Origin: Rudaea sp.
GTDB taxonomy: Bacteria > Pseudomonadota > Gammaproteobacteria > Xanthomonadales > Rhodanobacteraceae
DNA length: 50,352 bases
Reading direction: 5' to 3'
Assembly (NCBI GenBank): GCA_035693405.1
Contig: DASSGP010000009.1
Span: forward strand, 1 to 50,352
Under the pieces are notes generated by a model that was not told where the DNA came from, ran no database searches, and saw only the letters and a list, made by a program, of their open reading frames with translations. Positions 19,471-27,564 of this stretch are shown here, one piece after another. Position 1 is the stretch's first letter. Each line of letters starts with the position of its first letter. The position numbers were made by a program, and so were the translations under genes.

Positions 19471-21233
19471 CTCCACAAGATCTGGCGCCGCGGGAAGCAT
19501 TGACCGATCCGGTCAACATCCTGCTGGTCGACGATCAGCCGTCGCGGTTGCTGACCTACCGCACGATACTGGGCGACCTCAACGAGAGCCTGATCGACGC
19601 AAGCTCCGGCACCGAGGCGCTGAAGCTGCTGATGGAGCACGACTTCGCGCTGATCCTGCTCGACGTCAACATGCCCGGCCTCGACGGATTCGAGACCGCG
19701 AACCTGATCCACCAGCATCCGCGCTTCGAGAAAACGCCGATCATCTTCATCACCGCGATCAACCTCTCCGATCTCGACCGCATGCGCGGTTACCGGCTCG
19801 GCGCGTTCGACTACGTGATGGTGCCGATCATCCCGGAAATCCTGCGCAGCAAGGTCATTTCGCTGGCCGAGCTATACCGCAAGCGGCGGGAACTCGAGGC
19901 GGTAAATCGTCACCTGGCAGCGGCAAATTCCGCGCTGGTCGCGGAGAAATCGCGCGAGCTGGGCCTGCTGAACGAGTCGTTGCGCCGCGCCAACACCGAA
20001 CTCGAGGCACGCAACGCGCAGCTGCAGACCGAAATGGGCGAGCGCTTGCGCATCGAAGCGCGGCTGATCGACCAGGACCAGCGCAAGGATCAGTTCCTCG
20101 CCATGCTCGCGCATGAGTTGCGCAATCCGCTGGCTTCGCTCGTCAACGCCGTCAACGCGTTCACGCTCGCCGCATCGCAGGAGCATCCGATGCATGGCGC
20201 GATGTCGCGCCAGTTGTCGCTGCTGGTGCGGCTGATCGACGACCTGCTCGACGTCGCCCGCATCGGCCGCGGCCAGCTGACGATCAAGCAGCAGCCGACA
20301 ACGCTCAATGCAATCATCGACTCGGCGATAGAAACGATCTCGCCGATGCTCGGCGCCGGAACGCACGTGCTCAACGTGCAGCGCTCGATCATCGACATTC
20401 CGTTGCGCGCCGACCCGGCGCGCATCTCACAGGTATTCGCCAACCTGATCAGCAATGCGGTGAAGTATTCCGATACCGGTTCCGCGATCGACGTGGTAGT
20501 CGTGGCCGCAACCGACATGGTCGAAGTCGCGGTCATCGATCACGGCATCGGCCTTGCGTCGGAACAGCAGGAATGGATCTTCGAATTGTTCGCGCAGGTC
20601 GACACGACGATCGAGCGCACGCGCGGCGGACTCGGCATCGGCCTGACGCTCGCCCGCCACATCGTCGAACTGCACGCCGGGCAGTTGCTCGTGCAGAGCG
20701 ACGGCCTCGGATGCGGCAGCCGGTTCATCGTGCGACTGCCGCGGCCGGTCGAACAATTTCCGATGCCGCAGCCGGCGACAAACGTTGCGCGGGGACCGCA
20801 GCGGCCGTGCCGCGCGCTCGTCGTCGACGATAACGCCGATGCCGCCGACAGCCTCGCGATGATCCTGCAATTGCTCGGACACCAGACGCAGTGCGTGAGC
20901 GATCCCTACAAGGTCGTCGACGCCGTCGAAATATTCTCACCGCAAGTCGTGTTTCTCGACATCGGCATGCCGGGCCTGAGCGGATACGACGTTGCCCGGC
21001 TGTTGCGCTCGAATCCGGCTTCGGCGAACGCGACACTCGTTGCATTGACCGGCTGGGGCCAGCCGGAAGACCGTCGCCGCACCGAGGAAGCCGGCTTCAA
21101 CCACCACATCGTCAAGCCGGCCGACCTTGACGTCCTGCGGCAGATCTGCGAGACCGTCGCCCGAAACGGCACGAATGCCGTGACCGGGGCCGAACGAGAT
21201 GCGCGCGTGGCGGGCGCGGACGACGACGCGTAG
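19455..21233 (+). CDS. Hybrid REC-coiled coil-HisKA-HATPase-REC protein
   Basis: 'NILLVDDQ', 'LLDVNMPGLDGFE', 'LAHELRNPL', 'GGLGIGL', C-terminal REC; overlaps the upstream gene; alternative TTG start at 19500. Confidence 0.92.
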   Translation: MAASLTPQDLAPREALTDPVNILLVDDQPSRLLTYRTILGDLNESLIDASSGTEALKLLMEHDFALILLDVNMPGLDGFETANLIHQHPRFEKTPIIFITAINLSDLDRMRGYRLGAFDYVMVPIIPEILRSKVISLAELYRKRRELEAVNRHLAAANSALVAEKSRELGLLNESLRRANTELEARNAQLQTEMGERLRIEARLIDQDQRKDQFLAMLAHELRNPLASLVNAVNAFTLAASQEHPMHGAMSRQLSLLVRLIDDLLDVARIGRGQLTIKQQPTTLNAIIDSAIETISPMLGAGTHVLNVQRSIIDIPLRADPARISQVFANLISNAVKYSDTGSAIDVVVVAATDMVEVAVIDHGIGLASEQQEWIFELFAQVDTTIERTRGGLGIGLTLARHIVELHAGQLLVQSDGLGCGSRFIVRLPRPVEQFPMPQPATNVARGPQRPCRALVVDDNADAADSLAMILQLLGHQTQCVSDPYKVVDAVEIFSPQVVFLDIGMPGLSGYDVARLLRSNPASANATLVALTGWGQPEDRRRTEEAGFNHHIVKPADLDVLRQICETVARNGTNAVTGAERDARVAGADDDA

Positions 21234-21259
21234 CGGCGTCGCGGCCGATCGCGGCAAGT

Positions 21260-21273
21260 TTTACAATTGTAAA
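21260..21273. promoter_or_regulatory. AT-rich perfect palindrome TTTACAATTGTAAA (possible operator)
   Basis: 14-bp perfect inverted repeat ~95 nt upstream of the next ORF. Confidence 0.35.
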
Positions 21274-21365
21274 CTGCTGCGTATTCCGCGACGCGAGGCA
21301 ACATACGTGCGTCACAATCGACAGGGCTCAACGCGCGAGCCGCCGCCGAACAAAAGGAGTTGGAC

Positions 21366-22169
21366 ATGCATCGGGATCTTTGCAAACGGGCCTTCGTCTG
21401 CGTTCCCTTTCTCTTCTGTCAGCCGGCATTCGCATCCATCACGTTTTCTCCACCGGCTCCGTCCGGCGGTGAAACCGTCGCCATCACTTTTACCGAGCCA
21501 TACAACTGCGCCGCGCGGCCGCCGGTGTTGACGGCAGGTTCGACCGGTTCGTTCACCTTCGTTTCGATGTTTCCAAGCGGAATCGTGCAGTGCCCACAGA
21601 TACCTTATCCGATACCGGACTATACGAATTCCACACTCAGTCTGGGCCTGCTTTCGGCCGGGACCTACACAGTGACCTGGAATTACTATTTGGACCAGGC
21701 GCCGGACCCGCCGCGGTTGTTGTCGAGCGAGTCGGCGTCCTTGCTGGTCGCGCCGGGTACGGGCACGCTCGCGCTTTCGCCCGGATTCACGGGAAACTGG
21801 TACAGCCCGAACAGCAGCGGTCACGGGTTCAGTATCGAGGTGCTGCCCGGCAATGTGCTGCTCGCACAGTGGTTCGTCTTTGCTCCGGGTGGAGGGCAGG
21901 CATGGATCGAGGCTACCGGACCGATCGTCGGCGACACTGCGGTATTGCAAGCGTATTACCCCGCAGGCGCGGGCGGCCGCTTCCCGCCCTACTTCGATCC
22001 CGCGCAACTTGAAAACAAGTTTTGGGGGACGATCAGCTTCACGTTCACGGACTGCAATACCGGACAGGTCAGCTGGTTGCCGGCAGAGACCGCCTACCGC
22101 AGTGGTTACACCGGCGGTTCGATGCCGATCACGCGATTGACGATGCCGGCAGGATTGAGTTGCCCGTAG
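21366..22169 (+). CDS. Secreted hypothetical protein with C-terminal 'GNWY.P..SGHG' beta-rich domain
   Basis: AGGAG RBS; signal peptide ending 'QPAFA'; C-terminal 'FTGNWYSPNSSGHGFSIEV...WGTISFTFTDCNTG...ITRLT..AGLSCP'. Confidence 0.8.
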   Translation: MHRDLCKRAFVCVPFLFCQPAFASITFSPPAPSGGETVAITFTEPYNCAARPPVLTAGSTGSFTFVSMFPSGIVQCPQIPYPIPDYTNSTLSLGLLSAGTYTVTWNYYLDQAPDPPRLLSSESASLLVAPGTGTLALSPGFTGNWYSPNSSGHGFSIEVLPGNVLLAQWFVFAPGGGQAWIEATGPIVGDTAVLQAYYPAGAGGRFPPYFDPAQLENKFWGTISFTFTDCNTGQVSWLPAETAYRSGYTGGSMPITRLTMPAGLSCP

Positions 22170-22236
22170 TTTTTGCGGCGTCGCGGAGGTTGCTCACTCG
22201 TCTGCGCGCGGGTGAATCTTCCAGCGCGCTTTCACT

Positions 22237-23226
22237 TCACAGTCCGTCGCCCCAGCGATGCTGCCACGCCAGCGCGATCAGGTCGAAGCTGTTGCCGGTG
22301 CGGGCCGAGACTCCGCTGCTGGCGGCGAACTTGATCGAGTTGTACCGGTCGAGCGGAAATGCCAGCGTGGCGCCGATGCGGGAGTTCTGTTGCAGATCGT
22401 TGCGCAGCTCTCCGTTGAGCGTCGTGCGCCCGCCGCCGAACCAGGTCGCGTCGGCGGACGCCCAGATGCCATTGCGGAAACTGTAGATGGCATGCCCCTG
22501 GAACGAGTAGAGCGGATCCTGCGCACGCGTGTTTCCGCCGTAGAAATCATTGTTGTCCGTGAACAGCGTCACCGCCGCGGCGCCCTCCAGCGTCCACGCG
22601 CCGAGCGCTTTCGACACGCCGATCTCCGGCTTGAAGCGCCAGCGATTCGTGCCGATGTTGACCAGGCGCTCGCCGTCGTACTGGCCCCAAGGCGGCGACA
22701 CCTGCAGGCTGGCGCCAACGATCAGGTCCTGCTCGTAGCGTGAAAATTCCTTCAGGGTCAGTGGCGGCGCCCCGTAGAAGTTGATCGACACCCGGAACAA
22801 CGGGTCGCCCATCCCGTTCACGACGCGCCCGACCGGCTGGCCGTTGTAGGTCGCCGTGCCGGACAGCCACGTGTATGGCACGATCGCGTCGAACTTGGCG
22901 GACTTGCCCCACAGCTCCAGCGACCGCGCGTAAGCAAACACCGTATTCGAAGTGTTGAGCTTCGGATCGGTGATTGGCAACCCGGTATCGGTCGGGAAGC
23001 CGCCTTGCGTGTAACCGTAGCCGGCGATCAGGAAGTTCACCCCGACTGGCGCGTTCGAGTAGGACCGCGGCTCGATTTCCTGTGCGTCCACGGCCGGGAC
23101 CGCGGCCATTGCCCACACGACGCACGCCAGCAACGCGCGCAGCGCCGCAAGGGCATGCCGCAGGTACGCTGTATCCTGCGCACGCGGCGAAGGCGCAGCA
23201 TGGATTGGGTCGCAAGACATGTACAC
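22237..23226 (-). CDS. Outer-membrane beta-barrel 'transporter' (Phenol_MetA_deg-like)
   Basis: Signal peptide; 'QEIEPRSYSNAPVGVNF', 'PWGQYDGERLVNIGTNRW.FKPEIG.S'; aromatic C-terminal strand 'LAWQHRW'; true start may be downstream. Confidence 0.85.
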   Translation of the reverse strand: MYMSCDPIHAAPSPRAQDTAYLRHALAALRALLACVVWAMAAVPAVDAQEIEPRSYSNAPVGVNFLIAGYGYTQGGFPTDTGLPITDPKLNTSNTVFAYARSLELWGKSAKFDAIVPYTWLSGTATYNGQPVGRVVNGMGDPLFRVSINFYGAPPLTLKEFSRYEQDLIVGASLQVSPPWGQYDGERLVNIGTNRWRFKPEIGVSKALGAWTLEGAAAVTLFTDNNDFYGGNTRAQDPLYSFQGHAIYSFRNGIWASADATWFGGGRTTLNGELRNDLQQNSRIGATLAFPLDRYNSIKFAASSGVSARTGNSFDLIALAWQHRWGDGL

Positions 23227-23310
23227 GCAGGACCGGTGCCCTGGGGGATTCCGGGCGACGCTACGCGAAAGCTGCTGCGTCGGTCAAGGCAAAGCAGGAC
23301 GACCCTGCCG

Positions 23311-23853
23311 TCACCGCGAGAGCGCTTTCTCCACTGCATCGAACAGGGACGTCAGGCCGAACGAAACGTCCTGAATGCGTCCATTGACGAAGAAAGTCGG
23401 AGTGCCGCGCGCGCCGCTGGCCTCGCCACTGTGGATCTGTTCGCGGATTCGTTGCAGATAGATTTGGCTGTGCATCTCGGCACGGAAGCGTGTCATCTCC
23501 AGTTCGAGGTCCCCGGCGTAGGTCTCGAGCTGGTGCAGACTGAGGTGAGATTGGTGATTGAACAACTGGTCATGCATCGGCCAGAACTTGCCCTGCGCGC
23601 CAGCACACTCCGCGGCTTCAGCCGCCGACAAGGCGTGCGGATGGACTTCCTGCAGCGGAAAGTGGCGATAGACAAAGCGCACACGGTTCGCGAAGCGTTC
23701 GAGCAGCAGTTTTACGGCCGGTGCAGCCTGCTTGCAATTCGGGCACTCGAAATCACCGTACTCGACGACAGTGACAGCGGCATGCTGAGGCCCCAGCACG
23801 TGATCCGTAGCGCGAACGGGCTCGGTCAATTCGAACTTGTGATGGTGATCCAT
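23311..23853 (-). CDS. DsbA/thioredoxin-fold protein
   Basis: 'DHVLGP', 'EYGDFECPNC', 'RHFPL..VHPHA', 'GTPTFFVNG'; AAGGAGG RBS. Confidence 0.92.
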   Translation of the reverse strand: MDHHHKFELTEPVRATDHVLGPQHAAVTVVEYGDFECPNCKQAAPAVKLLLERFANRVRFVYRHFPLQEVHPHALSAAEAAECAGAQGKFWPMHDQLFNHQSHLSLHQLETYAGDLELEMTRFRAEMHSQIYLQRIREQIHSGEASGARGTPTFFVNGRIQDVSFGLTSLFDAVEKALSR

Positions 23854-24135
23854 GACCAACCTCCTTGGCTTGTGGCGTGAATGCACGCCCGCATCGGGCG
23901 AAGAACCCTAACTCGCTCGCGGCGTCCGGTGCAACTAGCCTAGCAGACACTCCGCCGGCGGTGCCGGTGTGGCGGCAGGGTTTTTATATCTACCTGAAAT
24001 GTCTCGCGCGCGACGGTTCGGACCTTGGCGGCTAACCCTGATCCGCGCCACGACATCAAGTGATCTGTGTCAAGACAGACGCGGCATGTCCGGCGCACGA
24101 TTCCATTTGTGTCGGATCTCAAAGGGGCATAGACC

Positions 24136-24339
24136 ATGCAGGATCTACATCTTGTCACTGAAGACCAGGCAGTCTGGCTGAGGATTCTGGAAAGCCGCGA
24201 GTACGAAGGCCTGGCCGATCGCATCGTCATTCCCGACGATGTGCTCGATGTGCTTGTGGAGAAGGGCCTCGTTCGCCGCTGGCGCGACGGCGGCATAGCG
24301 ATCACGCTTGGTGGCATCAGGGAAGTCGCGCAGCACTGA
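24136..24339 (+). CDS. Small hypothetical protein (67 aa), possibly winged-helix-like
   Basis: Coding-like codon use; 'LDVLVEKGLVRRWRDGGIAITLGG'. Confidence 0.6.
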   Translation: MQDLHLVTEDQAVWLRILESREYEGLADRIVIPDDVLDVLVEKGLVRRWRDGGIAITLGGIREVAQH

Positions 24340-24359
24340 CGCGGATCGATCGGGCTGCT

Positions 24360-24596
24360 TCAGTCGCCGGCGAGTTGCTTTGCTTCGAGAGCGGTCCAGT
24401 CGCCGTGTCGGTTTGGATCGCAATGATCGCGTCGGCAGACAAGGAAGTCGGTGATCGGGTGGATTTCCCACAGCGACATGCGGTCCGGCTCGTCTTTGAA
24501 CGGATGATCCGGATCGTCGCTGACGTAGTGAACCTTGTCGTACGACAGGGCGCCTTCGACCAGGACCTGCGTGCCCTTCGCCTGAAGCTCCTTCAG
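24360..24596 (-). pseudogene. Duplicated 3' fragment of the 36333-37412 gene
   Basis: 237 bp aligned by eye to 36333-36569 with 11 mismatches and no gaps; similarity ends abruptly at 24596. Confidence 0.9.
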
Positions 24597-24597
24597 T

Positions 24598-24620
24598 GAA
24601 ATGGGGTCAGATACATTTTC
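24598..24620. repeat. AAATGGG(G)TCAG..CATTTTC hairpin/REP-like element, copy 1
   Basis: GAAATGGGGTCAGATACATTTTC; near-identical copy at 30151; degenerate inverted partner at ~24635-24657. Confidence 0.5.
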
Positions 24621-24763
24621 CATTTGTTCAAGTTGAAAAATGGACACGATCCCTTTTCTTGACTCCGTCTTCTCGTGGCCAAGGGAGTCAGAGTGCCTTG
24701 TCGGGCAGATGCGGGCGCTGAGCGGTGGCGAGGCGCCGAGGACTGGTCCGCTCGAATGAGTTG

Positions 24764-25321
24764 TCAGGCGGGATCCTTGGACCGAATGTCCCTGGCAACA
24801 TCAGTCAAGTCGTTTCCAAATTGATGACCGCGGCCGTCGACTGCGCGAATAGTTGCCTGCGGCAGCCTCGCTGCGTGGAGCGCAAGGTGAGCAAACGGGA
24901 CAACAACGTCGTCGCGGCTGTGATAAAGAAAGATGCGCGGTATGGAAGCGAGCCTTTCAGCGATGTTACGCGGCAGCTTCAGATCTTCGAAATTCCACTG
25001 ATCCTCGTCCCGCGACGGGGCTGCGAGCAAGAACAGTCCGCCAATGCGGATTTTTATTTCTTCCTCCGCCAAGTACTTCAGCACGATAGAGCCACCTATA
25101 GAGTGCCCGACCAACAAGACCTGCCCGCGCAGCCGCGATAACTCAGCAGAAATCTTTCCTTTCCAGGACGTCACATTCGGATCTGGCTCATCCGGCATTC
25201 GCGGAAAGTGCACCTCGTATTCGCCGCCTAGTGCTCGCTGCAGGGATGCGGCGAGCGCGGCGTCTTCGTCATGCGCGCCCTTGCCTCCACCTTGCACAAA
25301 CAGCACGCAAGTTCTTGTCAC
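24764..25321 (-). CDS. Alpha/beta hydrolase (YdeN/RBBP9-like)
   Basis: 'LFVQGGG', nucleophile motif 'VGHSIGG', 'HSRDDVVVPFAH', 'GHQF'; GTG start inferred. Confidence 0.85.
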   Translation of the reverse strand: MTRTCVLFVQGGGKGAHDEDAALAASLQRALGGEYEVHFPRMPDEPDPNVTSWKGKISAELSRLRGQVLLVGHSIGGSIVLKYLAEEEIKIRIGGLFLLAAPSRDEDQWNFEDLKLPRNIAERLASIPRIFLYHSRDDVVVPFAHLALHAARLPQATIRAVDGRGHQFGNDLTDVARDIRSKDPA

Positions 25322-25378
25322 TCGCGTTTCTCGAGCCCAAACGGCATGCGTCGCAACAGTTTGGAACTTGCCGCGCAA

Positions 25379-25708
25379 CTACTGGATTCTCTCCACCGTG
25401 CCATTGTGCTCGGACCATTCCTTGCCATCGGAAGCAAACGCGACGAGCTTGCCGGACTTGAGGTTCATTGCTGCCGTAAGCGTGTAGCCGTTCGGCCCCA
25501 TATAAGAACCGACATAGCAGTCGTCGGCAAGCTTTTCCAGCTTGCCGTCGCTCGTGGTCCTTTTGTCCGTTCCCGCGGCACCCCAGTCGACCTTGTCGCC
25601 ATGGAACGTGTGATCGAAATCCTTGCCCTTCATCGGGCCGTCATTGAAATGGAATCGCAGCGTCTTGCCGTCGAGCCAATTTGAGGTCGTTTCACTTTTC
25701 GTACTCAT
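25379..25708 (-). CDS. Small beta-rich protein, MoaF/phenolic-acid-decarboxylase-like
   Basis: AAGGAGG RBS; 'LDGKTLRFHFNDGPMKGKDFDHTF', 'SYMGPNGYTLT..MNL'; family assignment from memory. Confidence 0.6.
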   Translation of the reverse strand: MSTKSETTSNWLDGKTLRFHFNDGPMKGKDFDHTFHGDKVDWGAAGTDKRTTSDGKLEKLADDCYVGSYMGPNGYTLTAAMNLKSGKLVAFASDGKEWSEHNGTVERIQ

Positions 25709-25863
25709 CGCCAGCCTCCTTCGCACATATATCGGGGAGCTTACCCATTCGCGATGACTGCAGGCTTAGCTGCTTCCAAGGCAATCTCCGGGGCGACCCT
25801 TCGGTTTCGCGAGGATTCAGCTGTCGAGTTCCAAGTCAGGCGGACGACGAGCGGATCCTGGCG

Positions 25864-27201
25864 CTATTCCCGGCCGATCACGCTTCCCGGGTTGAATCCA
25901 TCGACGAAGATCGAGTCGACGAACTCGAACGCGCCGATATCCGGGCCCGGGCCGACGACACGCTCGAAGAAGCGCTGATCGAAGGTCACCGGCCGCACAA
26001 CGTTCCCGTGATCGATCGCCGGACTGCCCGGCAGCAAGACGAGTGTTTGCGTCGGCCCGCCGTTGTTGGCCAGCGGCCCAAGCTTCGGATCATCAGAAAT
26101 TGTGTCGGCAGGAACGGTAGTCACGGCGGCGTGGACCATGATCAGGTTGTTGCTCCCGGTAACGGTGGCGGCACCGGGAGTTGCGAGATCGAATTCGATC
26201 CCATCGGCCTTGTTGAGAGCGAGGATCACGCTCTCCATCCTGATGCCGGTCGGCGCCGCCACAACGACTCCTGCTGCGCTTATGGCCGACGTGTTCCTGG
26301 CGATCGTGCTGTTGTAGAGAGAAGCGGACGTGCGCGCGTACAAACCGCCGACTGCAAAAGCGTCATTGCCCGTCACCGTGCTGTTGACGATTGTCACAGC
26401 GTTGGCGAACGCCCCTGCACCCTGCGACGCCGTGTTGCCGGAAATCGTGGAATAGGTGCCGATGACGCCAGCCTTGGCGTAAATGCCACCTCCAAGTGCG
26501 TAGCTCTCGGTCGAGGATGCCGTGTTGCCATCGACGGTAGTGCCCTCGATCGTGACGGAGCGGGCGAAGATGCCGCCGCCTGCACTGCTGCCATGCGTCG
26601 AATGGACGGAGCTTCCCGATACGGTGCTTTCGAACAGACTGACATTCTTGTTCGCATGGATCGCGCCGCCGCGCGCGACGTTGCTGCCGGTAGTTGCAGT
26701 TGCGCACGAGGTCACGACGCTGGACTGGAGCGCCACGCCGCCATACGAATAGATGCAGCCGCCGCCACCATAGGCGTAGGGATTGTCCAGGTGTCCATTC
26801 GAAATCGTCAGGCCATTGACTCTCAACTCGCCGTTGCCGTTGTGGACCAGCACGCGGCCCTTGTTCGCGCCATCGACCTTGAGCTGGTCGCTTCCCGGCC
26901 CCTGCAACGTGACGTAGGCGGCGCCATCGGTCAGCGCACCGCTCAACGTTATGACGCTGCATTGGAGCTGGGTAAGATCGATCGTGTCGTCGTTCTGAGC
27001 GCAAAAGTACGACCTGCGCAGCGTGCCATCGTCCTGACCATCGCACGCAGGAAACACGAGCGAATCGGCACAGGTCGTCACAACATGCGTGGTGCCTGCT
27101 GTCGCTGCAGGGCTGACTCCGGCACCACACGCCAACACCAGACACGCTGCCAGAGGGCGCAAGCGCAACGAACGCCTGTGCCTCGTGAAATATAAGGTCA
27201 T
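25864..27201 (-). CDS. Secreted beta-helix protein with choice-of-anchor Q domain
   Basis: Signal peptide; 'VTTCAD', 'GTLR', repeated GGG(I/A) beta-helix units; 'DPKLGPLANNGGPTQT..LLPGSPAIDHG..DQR..DIGAFE'; tail 'DSIFVDGFN'. Confidence 0.88.
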   Translation of the reverse strand: MTLYFTRHRRSLRLRPLAACLVLACGAGVSPAATAGTTHVVTTCADSLVFPACDGQDDGTLRRSYFCAQNDDTIDLTQLQCSVITLSGALTDGAAYVTLQGPGSDQLKVDGANKGRVLVHNGNGELRVNGLTISNGHLDNPYAYGGGGCIYSYGGVALQSSVVTSCATATTGSNVARGGAIHANKNVSLFESTVSGSSVHSTHGSSAGGGIFARSVTIEGTTVDGNTASSTESYALGGGIYAKAGVIGTYSTISGNTASQGAGAFANAVTIVNSTVTGNDAFAVGGLYARTSASLYNSTIARNTSAISAAGVVVAAPTGIRMESVILALNKADGIEFDLATPGAATVTGSNNLIMVHAAVTTVPADTISDDPKLGPLANNGGPTQTLVLLPGSPAIDHGNVVRPVTFDQRFFERVVGPGPDIGAFEFVDSIFVDGFNPGSVIGRE

Positions 27202-27564
27202 CGCAATCTCGCATTGACTGGATTTGTGGCGGCGGGCCGGCACAACACGGCGGTCGCATGCTGGACGTAGAACGCAGAACAACCGCGATTTGCGCCACGC
27301 AAGAGACGGGCGGGGCGCGCCTGACTCAACGCGTCCTGACGCGAGAGCACCGAACGACCATCGGCACGCCGAGCGATCCGGGCGTGGTTGGCGCTACGTT
27401 GAGACTATTCGGGTAATCAGGTCCTCGAGATCCCGCAAGCGGGATTCACGCCATCTGCGTTCAGCTGACCTGTTGTCGCAGCGCCCTGAGTTGCCGTGGC
27501 ATTACGTGTCGTGCGTCGCTGCCACGTACCTTGAGCTTTCGCAATCCTTGCGCAGGCATCCAGG

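Noticed and set aside
13510-19500. Very long alternative-frame and antisense ORFs (13510-16968, 13767-15536, 14856-16433, 16266-18803, 17200-19500)
   Set aside because: Shadows of the GC-rich repetitive HAMP kinase; no independent motifs.
24597-24647. ATG-started 95-aa ORF 24360-24647 as a real gene
   Set aside because: Its first 17 codons are read through the REP-like element; best treated as a gene fragment.
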